Source: Felis catus
Taxonomy: Eukaryota
Reading direction: 5' to 3'
DNA: 64,000 nt
Assembly (NCBI RefSeq): GCF_018350175.1
Contig: NC_058369.1
Span: 20,400,001-20,464,000 of the forward strand
The notes under the pieces were generated by a model. The model was not told the DNA's origin, searched no databases, and was given only the letters and a program-made list of their open reading frames with translations. Position numbers and translations under genes: made by a program. Positions 35,501 to 45,738 of the stretch are shown here, piece after piece; the stretch's first letter is position 1, and each line of letters begins with the position of its first letter.

Positions 35501-38500
35501 TTTTGGGTATTGAATTTGATAAGTTCTTTATAGATTTTGGATACTAGCCCTTTCTCCGATATGTCATTTGTAAGTATCTTCTCCCATTCTGTAGATTGCC
35601 TTTTAGTTTTGTTGATTGTTTTCTTTGCTGTTATTCATGCTTCTTCTTAATTGAAGGTTACTTTTTCCCCTTCCTTTGAACTTCCTTCTTTTCATCCATA
35701 TGCCCCATCCCACTGCCCCAGATCTATTCTTTTTAATGTCTCCTTATAGTAAGCTCTTAATCATAGGAGTTTGTTAACAATGCAAATTCCTGGTGGAGGG
35801 ACAACATCCATATCACAACACAGAACTCTTAGTCCTTCTGCACTCACCAGGATTTACAGGACTGAGGTAGAGAGGTCACCCTGAGCCAGCTTTTACCAAG
35901 CTTCCATATTTAGAGTGGTTCTTATGCAATCTAAAGTCTAGGAACCTTGACCTTAGAATTAGTTTGTCTATTAAAGGGAGAAACATAGTTTGTAATCCTT
36001 GTTGCACATGGCGATATTTGAAAATTATAGGTGCCTGGGACTCACTGTAGACCCATGGAATGTCCATGGGGGTGGAATCAGAATACTGTAGTGTATTTGT
36101 TTTGTTTTAAAAATACATTTGCCCAGTGATTTTGCTGTGTACCCGTGCCCTTATATGTCCATTTCTTGTGGTTTTCCTCCTGTCCTAGGGCTAGATGGTA
36201 GCACCCCTGCCTTTGAGAGGGAGCGGCTCATTAATCAGTTCAATGATCCCAGCAACCTCACCACCTGGCTATTCCTTCTGTCCACAAGGTGAGTGGATCC
36301 TGAGAGCGGAGGTCAGAGGGCTGTATTCAGGGCAGCTAGCCACGTGGGCAGGTACCCAAAGGCTCATCCAAGTTTCATCAGAAGAGATCTGCTCGGGGTT
36401 GTGACTTGTTTTTGAAGTCAGAGAGGGGACCCCAAAAGGAAGTTGTGTTAGAAGGGTAGTCATCATGATAGTGTCACGAAGTTCTTTGAGCCCTTCATTA
36501 ATAATAGTCATACTTAGCTTTTCTCTCAGGAGTATTCTGAGTCTTAGATGATGGGATTAATGTGAAAGTGCTTTAAAAAGCAGAAAGTGTAATGTAACTG
36601 TAAAAGGCGATGGCATTATTTGTCTTATGCCAAGCAGCTTGAAGGCTGTGCTGTGTTCTGCCATCAGAATGCCCTTGATGGGTGTGAACTAGTCATTTTC
36701 CTAAGCTGTTAGACTAAACACACCAGAAACATCTGTATGCAGAGGTTTCCCTTCACCAAGTGACATCACTCTGGGGCCAGGATGCAGGGGCCTTACTAAT
36801 TACAGAGGAGAGAGAGTGGGTTTTCTTTCAAAACTGGTCAACACTTCTGTTTTGGATTTTCAGGGCATACTTTTCAGTGCTTGAGCAATGTACTGTTCAT
36901 CAGCAGGAGAGTACAATCCTCCAGTATGTCATGCTTAGAACAAAGGAGGTGATATGGGGCTATCAGTCACAGTCAAATTTCAGTTTGAAAACGGTCTTTA
37001 AAACGAAAGGTTCTGTGACTGTTGGCTTGTGTTTTACAGGGCTGGATGCTTGGGTGTGAATCTGATCGGTGCCAACCGAGTGGTGGTGTTTGATGCTTCT
37101 TGGAACCCTTGCCATGATGCCCAGGCAGTGTGTCGGGTATACCGTTATGGCCAGAAAAAGCCCTGTCACATCTATCGCCTTGTGGCTGATTTCACCCTTG
37201 AAAAGAAGATCTATGACCGACAAATTTCCAAGCAGGGCATGTCAGGTAGGGCATCTTGCAGGCACAGTATTATCCTTATTGTATCAGTGGTGGGAGGGGA
37301 GGGCCAGGTTGTAGGAACACAGGTAAGCTTTGAATCACAGAAAGTCAGCAGTTCTCCCATCTCATTCTGATTCAAATAATTGCTTAAGAGGTGATTGACC
37401 TCAACTTGTCCTGGGCAGGTTTAATGATAAGAACTGAGTGTAGGTATACAGGTTTCTCTTATGATATTTCCATTTCACCAGGGCCTCAGACCTGGTCTTT
37501 GACTTTCAAATATGGGATGGACTGAGGTAGTTTAGATATTAGTGACAGTTATACCAACCACAACCTCTCTTGTCTGCCAACCTTTGTAGCTGTGCTTTTG
37601 CAGTCTTCTCTGCCACATACTGACTTTCTCCATGTCTTCTCGCTTCTAGATCGGGTGGTGGATGATCTCAATCCAATGCTGAACTTTACCCGGAAGGAGG
37701 TGGAGAACCTACTGCACTTTGTTGAGAAGGAGCCAGCTCCCCAAGCATCCTTGAACATAAAGGGGATCAAGGAGCCAGTACTCCAACTTGCCTGTCTGAA
37801 GTACCCTCACCTCATCACCAAGGTGAGAGCTGGGATGCATGCAGTTCCCAGTACAGCAGTCTCCACTCAGGGAAGCTTGTCTGGCAAACTACTTTCCTTC
37901 ATCTGAAGCTTTGTTTCATACAGAAGACTTGAACTCATCTGGTTCTCTCCTTACCCTGTGAAGTTTCCCACCCCAGTCTTATTCTAGCAGTGCTCAGCTC
38001 AGCCATGTGGAATAATTTGTCCAGTGTGAGTTTTTCCTAGCAGAAAGAAGGGGTAAAGTTCTAGAAATGTAGTCTAGTAATTCTCTGAACTCTCCCATCC
38101 TTTTATTTTTTAAGTGTGTATTTATTTTGGAAGAGAGAGAGAGTGAGCATACGTGCTGTACCCGTGTGAGCCAAGGAGAGAGAGGGAGATAGAGAAAATC
38201 CCAAGCAGGCTCCACACAGTCAGTGTGGAGCCCAATGCGGGGCTCCATCTCACAAACCATGAGATCATGACTTGAGCCGAGATTAAGAGTTGGATGCTTA
38301 ATGGACTGAGCTACCCAGGCGCCCCTCTCCCATCCTTTTGATATAGAAGGCAGATTTGGGCTATCTAAAGGTGGGGCTGGGTTAAAGTTGTGAGTTATAC
38401 TCTTGACAAAAAGACAGTAAACCTGCTTATGTGTCTGTAAGCAGGCTCTTTGCGAGTGCTGGAGATAGCCAGCCCTTTCTCAGTTTCAGAGTAAGCCTCA

Positions 38501-41500
38501 TTGTATATCAGTTGTGTTGGCACAGACTGATAATTAAATCAATGTCCTCCTGTGTCCCCAGGAGCCTTTTGAGCATGAGTCACTGCTCCTTAACCGAAAG
38601 GATCACAAGCTGACCAAGGCTGAGAAAAAAGCAGCAAAGAAAAGCTATGAGGAAGACAAGCGCACATCCGTCCCCTATACCCGCCCATCGTATGCGCAGT
38701 ATTACCCTGCAAGCGACCAGAACCTGACCAGCATCCCTGCTTTCAGTCAGAGAAACTGGTGAGTCACTGAAAGGGGAGGAAGGCCTGCTGCTGGGCCAGG
38801 CCCAAACCTTTTGACTGGTTCTGTTTTTAAAAAATTAAAAAAAAATTTTTTTTTATGTTTATTTCTGAGACAGAGAGAGACAGAGCATGAGTGGGGGAGG
38901 GGCAGAGAGAGAGGGAGACACAGAATCAGAAGCAGGCTCCAGGATCTGAGCTGTCAGCACAGAGCCCGACACGGGGCTCGAACTCACAAACCATGAGATC
39001 ATGACCTGAACCGAAGTTGGTCACTCAACCAATTGAGCCACCCAGGTTGAGCCCTGACTGGTTCTGTTTTAAACAAAGGGAGAGCCTATAACTTGCTTGC
39101 TGGCTGTTGTGAACCGACAGGTCCTGCTCTTGGATGAGGTTCCAAAGCAGTTCAGCAGCCCTGGTGTTTTAAGTGGCTCTGGCTGAAAGAGTGACCTACT
39201 GGCTTTGTGACTCAGAAGAGTCCTTCTAGACTCCTGTAGAGGTGCAGCTTCCCAGGCCACAGAGGCCCACCCCTCCCACACAGCTGCCTTCATATCTGTA
39301 GCGCCTTGGTCCTAGATCTTGCTTAAGCAGTGAAGTTCAAGGGTGAAGGCCAGGTCTTTTGCGGGTCTTGGATTGCAGTCAAGGAATTCTGCTGCTCTTA
39401 ATGGGATTTTCATTGTGTGGCTGTGCCACAATTCTGAGAAAAAAATCTTTTTCTTGAGAACAGCTTCCAAAGTATGAACATGATAGAAGCTAGTTGCTAA
39501 GCAAAGAGCTTCTTTGTAAGAAATTACAAAACATTATCTATGCTTAATTTTTTTCATTTTAAGGCAAAGTACTTCATAGGCTTTACCAGATTGACTGCCT
39601 GATTGAGTGGTTTGCATTAAAAATTTTTTTTGTTTTATTTTCCTTTTTTTAAAAGTTTTTTTACCTTTATTTATTTTTGAGAGACAGAGCACAAGTGGGG
39701 AAGGGCAGAGAGAGAGAGAGAGGGAGACACAGGATAAGAAGCAGGCTCCAGGCTCTGAGCTGTCAGCACAGAGCCCAACTCGGGGCTTGAACTCACGAAC
39801 CTTGAGATTATGACCTGAGGTGAATTCGGACGCTTAACGGACTGAGCCACCCAGGTGCCCCTAAAACTTTTTTCCTATGAAGATTACGTGTTAAAAAAAA
39901 AACTTGACAAATGAGGTTCTAAGGGAAATGAAACCATGTAAATTTTACTTAAGACTAATTTTTGGTGAGTAAATTTGCTACTCTTTTTTTTTTTTTTAAT
40001 GTTTATTTTTGAGAGAGAGAGACAGAGCATGAGCAGGGGAGGGGCAGGGAGAGGAAGACACAGAATCCAAAGCAGCTCTAGGTTCTGAGCTGTCAGCACA
40101 GAGCCTGAGGCGGGGCTTGAACTCATGAACCGTGAGATCGTGACCTGAGCCAAAGTCAGAAGCCTAACTGAGTGAGCCACCCAGGTGCTCCAAATTTGCT
40201 ACTTTTTATGTACAAGATGCTTTCAAGAAAAATGTTATTTTCTTTCAAAGCCTTCAGACTTTATTTCTGTGTCATTTTCCAAGATACTATTGTCTGGGAA
40301 TGTTCTCCTTTCTTGTCCTCCACCTGTTTTTTTCTCTTTTCTGGGCTTCCCCATGAAGCAACAGGAATGGAGTAAGCCTGAACCCAGTGAGAAAAAAGCC
40401 ATGTTGGGGGAAGATGTGACAAATGGGCTGGGCTGTGGGCTTTTGTGGCCCATCTCTGGTTCTATGGGAGGCACTAGCCTCTCACAGCACTTGATGAGCC
40501 ATACCATGATCCTGTTGATTCTTCCTCCTGTCTGGGTATATGTGAGGAGGGCTTTCTGCCCAATTTCCTTGCTTCAACCCCTGCAGAGTAGGGAGCTTAG
40601 GCTAGATTCCTGTTACCCTGACTTTTACCCTGATCTGACTCTGAATTCTAGGAAGACTCCCACTGGCATCTGACCAGGGCTGCTAGCCCTGCTAGCTCCT
40701 GCAAAGCCACCCTGGGCAGACTGAGGAAATGAGACTCAGACATAGAGCATAGGAAATGAGACATAGAGCTTACTGTGCTCTATGGCCTATCTAGGAATAC
40801 AGAAGTCCACAGGGCCCAGAGGGCTACCCAAAATTGCCTGTAGCAACCTCAAAGCAATGTTCTTCGGTCAGGTAAGAAAGAATATACCAGTCCAAGGAGG
40901 TCTTCCCCCCAAGACTAAAGACCAAAGGCACAAATTTCAGAAAGCTTAGAGACAGGGTCTTAATTTCAAAAATCTTAAATCAGGAGTAGTTTTCTCAAGG
41001 TACCAACATTCATTTGAAAGGAAAGTGAAGAATGAGGAGTGCATCATTGACCATCGGGTAACATTTGGCATGCTGGCATAAGATGCACAGCGGTGCTCAG
41101 GCTGGCCATGGCTGTGTGCCATTCAGAGACTCGGGTTCTGTGAACAGCGTTTTGGCTGCTGCTGCTTTTGTAGTGGTCATGACTAGAGGAGTACTTTGGA
41201 CATTGGCCCCAGGAGGAGCCCAATGAAGTGTAATGTGGAGGAGAGAGGTGTCTGCATTACTTATTGAAACTAGAGGTTCCAGAGAATAAAGATGGTTGAT
41301 GTTGAACATGTGCTCTCTCAAGATCACCTGAACATGTGGCATTACATGCCTTTTCCTGGGTGAGTGGGGAAAATTACACCCCTTTGCCTTCAACTTGGCA
41401 TGCACTGTGTTCTGAAGAATTTCTTCTCCCTTATTGCATCTTTACCTTTTCCTAACTTCCCTCCAAGGACTAATCCCTAATGTATGTAGACAGTCCAAAT

Positions 41501-44500
41501 TCTAGAGGGGCAAATGTCACCTCAGATCTCCAAAAAGGTATTATTCTGCTGACATCTGATTCTTCTTTGACTCTGAGAGGCTGTATGTCTCATCGCCACT
41601 CTGTCTCAGTCCTGCTTCTAGTCTCCTTTTGAATTGGCCATACTCTGCAGGTTTTTCTGGTTCTTCTCAGTAGCAGCTGAGAATGGGGGCACTGTAGAAT
41701 GGGGGAATCTGGAGAAACTCTGCAGCCTTTGCAGAAAGGTAAGGGCTGTTCTGCTAAAGTCTCTTAGTGTGTTTGTCTTTCTCTCACAGGCAGCCAACAC
41801 TGAAGAGTGATGAGAAGCCTGTGGCCAGTGTTCGTCCTGTGCAGTCCACCCCCATCCCCATGATGCCCCGGCATGTCCCACTGGGAGGCAGTGTAAGCTC
41901 TGCCTCCAGCACAAATCCAGCCATGAACTTCCCGATCAACTACCTACAGCGCGCGGGGGTCCTTGTGCAGAAGGTGGTCACCACAACAGGTTGGGAACTC
42001 CTAGGTCCTCTTCCAGGGCTGCCTATCCCTTTTAAACTTACTTTGTTCATTCAGGAGGTATTTATTAAACACCTTTTATATTCTAGGCCTTACTATACTG
42101 GTACTGTGGGTAAAAATAGAGAAGATAGTCCCTGATCTTGAGGAATTTGCATTCTAATGGAATATCTTAAGAATTCTAACATGGAACTGGTTTTCTTAAA
42201 TGTGATATGTAGGATAGACACTGTAGAGATTGTGGAAATTTCACGGGAACACAGAGTTGGTCTGAGAGGTGTGAATGTGTTGAGTCCTGCCTGACTATAG
42301 GGTCAGCTGGGTATAAACTGTCAACTTCCCTAATTAATTAGAATACCTGAATGTCACTTGCTTCTTTCTTTGTGAGTTTGATGTGACTTGAGCATGGTGG
42401 GCCAGTGGTAGGAGGCTGGCAGCCCGTCTCTCTCTGCAGTTGGTTCTTTGGGAAGGAAAGCATTTCATGGAGCTGTTTTTCATCTTATTACCTAGAAATA
42501 TTCATGGTACATAAATTTGAATAAAAATACCTTAGATTTTTGAGTATGAAAATAATATGTGTCCATTATAAAAAATTGTGAAATGACTAAAGACAAAAAG
42601 CGAGCCCCTTATAATCCTACTTCTGCTGATTCTCAAACATACGTTTTATTCTTTAGTTAGGTGTGGAGTAATGCCAGCAAGGAAGAGGATGAGGCCACTT
42701 TTGGAGCCTAAAGTGATGTGGAGCAGATGGATTCAGATGGCTTAGAGAGGAGGACAACAAACAAATATAGAAATAATTATTTGAACTAGAACTTTTTCCA
42801 AACTAAAACTATGAATTTTTAATTAAATCAAGGGAAATTGATCAGAAAGATGATCAGATTTTTTAAAAGGTTCTCATTCTCACAGTACTCTTTGCTAGGC
42901 AACTGTGAGAGGAGGCCCTGCTTGCTTCTCCTCCCTTGGTTCAGACCTCTGCTCCACTGAGAGGCTTTAGGGAAGCCATTGAGGAACAGGGGTAGACATG
43001 GACTTTGCATCTTCTTCCCTTCTCAGTCAGGTAATCTAAATCTGAGGTCTGTATCTTCACTAGATATTGTTATTCCTGGACTCAACAGCTCCACAGATGT
43101 ACAGGCAAGAATTAATGCTGGTGAGAGCATTCACATCATCCGTGGGACGAAAGGTAAGAGCCCGACCACAGGGCCAATCCTCTACTTTTGGTTCAGAGTG
43201 TGGGACTGGGAAGCAGAATAAATATATATGGCCTGAGCTAGAGGGAGGATAGGAATCGTCCTATGTAAGAATGTCACATGTGGAGGAAGCATGAGAAGAA
43301 GCATTTCTAGGAGCTTAGCAGAGTTGGGGTGGGCCCAAAAGAGATCTGTCAGTGGCTTAAAAGAAGAGAGTTAGGGTCTCTCCATTCCTGTATTTTTGTC
43401 CTTGTTTTTATGGAGAATCTTGAGTTGAGTTTGAATAGACACCATGTTTTGTATCAATCACAGTGTGTTGATAGTGATGCTATCAGCTAGAAGTGCCTGG
43501 GTACGACCTGGTGGTGTACTAATCATGGCAAGCCCCCACAGACATTTCCCAGAGCCAGTGTGGTGACTGGACTGGCCCTGTGGTTCTTACTGTGATTGCA
43601 TGATGCACCTCAGCAGCAACCATCAGTGGACTTTGAAAAAACAAAGTTTATGACTCACAGGTCCTGGTAGGTGCACAGCACCCCAGGGCCACACAATGAG
43701 TTTATGGGTAGAGAAACAGAGAGAGAAGGCCTGGGTTTCTATTAGGATCCAGGAGTTGGGGTGGTTAGAGTTTTGTGGGTTACTCTTTATTGGTAAATTT
43801 AAAACGTAAGAGCAGGAATTAGGGAATGGGAAAGGAAAAGCAGGGTCACTCAGGGTTCAATTTTCTGGGTTACTCTGGGCTTTCTAAAAGGGGAACTTCA
43901 TGGGTAGGCACAGTCTGGTTCCTTATCTACTTGTTTAGTTAGTAGCTGTCATACAGGTGCAATTGGCTTATTTGAGATAGATGCGTTTGAAGTGGATGCC
44001 TTGTTAAACAACAGCTTAATGCCTGGCACTTACACTGCACACAGGGAGACCAAAAGTGGAGGGAAAGAGCTGTGGAATGGGTTATTAGCTAACGTGTATG
44101 TTGCTATGTTGTCTTACCCACTTGCTCAGAGTGGGGTGGAGGTCTCAATTAGGAAATGTATTGGGTAGATAAATTAGTATCTGTGGGTTGCATGACAGAC
44201 ATTTTGAGTGTGGTAATTTAAAAAGTCCACTGCCTCTGTCCTGCTTATAGACTGTAGACGGAGATAAGATTACTGGAATGAGAAGTCTGGACTGGACATT
44301 GTCAGAATGCATTCTGAACCTATCATTCATATCAACCTTTACTACGAGGCTCCTTGAGGCTATTTAGCAAGGAGATTTTGTCCTAGCTTCTGTTGGGTCA
44401 AAGTACCTTTTAGGCTCAGGGAAAAGATGCCATGAAGTACATGACCCACAGAGAAGATTATACCCAGCCTCTTTACCAGACTCTTCCTAGCCTAAAGCAT

Positions 44501-45690
44501 GGGTCAGCAAACTGTGGCCCATGGGCCAAATCCAACCTGCTTGGATTCTGTAACTGTGAGCTAAGCATGGGTTTTACATTTTTAATTGGCTAAAAAAAAA
44601 ATCAAAAGAATACTGTTCTGTGACACCTAAAAATTATATGAAATTCACATTTCAGTGTCCCTAAATAAAGATGTTTGGAGCACAGCCATGCCCAGCTGTT
44701 TTCAATCTATAGTAGCAGAGTTGAGTGGTTGTAACAGAGACCTTTTGGCCCACAAAGGCAAAAATATTTACCAGCTGGCCCTTTAAGAAAAAGTTTGCTG
44801 ACCTCTAGCCCAGAGGCAGCCCTGACCTTCCAGGAGATTGATATCAAAAAACAGAAAAGGTAGGGTTGTGCCCTATGGGAACAGAATGCTGGTATTAAAT
44901 TATTCCTATCAAGGTAGAAGAAGGTGTTGAGGCAATGAGGCTCCTTCTTCCCAGATTAAGAGGACTCCTGCCAGAGTACTTCATCCAGAACCAAGGCAGC
45001 CAACTTACTCTCTTTCACAGCATCCTGTTTATTTTCTCCATTGCATTTCATCTTTCCTGATATTTTCTGGTATCATTGTCTCTTTCTCTAGAGGTTGAGC
45101 CCTGTGAGACAGGTCCCTTTTCTGTCTTAACGTTCTTTAGTGTCTACAACAATGCCTCATAGTCACACAGTCTTATGGAGTAAATGAGTAATACTGGGTC
45201 CACAGTTCAATCGGTCCACTTGTCATTTCAGGGGATCTCAAGAAAGGGCATAAGACCTAATTTTATAGCTGGTTTCCCAGCCCACGATGCCTAGGCCTGG
45301 GGTTCCCAGGGTTGGCTGATTGTGTATCTGCTTCTAGCAGCCTTCCTCCTGTTTTTTGTTAGGGACATACATTCGCACCAGTGATGGGCGGATCTTTGCT
45401 GTCCGAGCAACTGGCAAACCGAAGGTCCCAGAAGATGGTCGGATGGCTGCCTCAGGTATAAGGCTTCTACTTTCTATTGACCTGCATGGCATTTGTTTGT
45501 TTGTTTTGGTTTGTAATTAATTAATTTTTTGAATAACGTGTATATAGTTCACAATTCAAAAGGTTTAAGAGGGGTAAAGTGAAAAGTAAGTTTTGCTCCC
45601 CCCACACTCCCAGCCATCTATTGCTCCTTTCTGAAGGTGTTACTCTCATTTGCTTTCTTCAGAGATATATTATACATATACTTGGTACAG

Positions 45691-45738
<48 letters not shown>

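Noticed and set aside
40185..40673. 162-aa intronic ORF
   Set aside because: Non-ATG start at a SINE edge, no homology recognised, no exon-like splice structure
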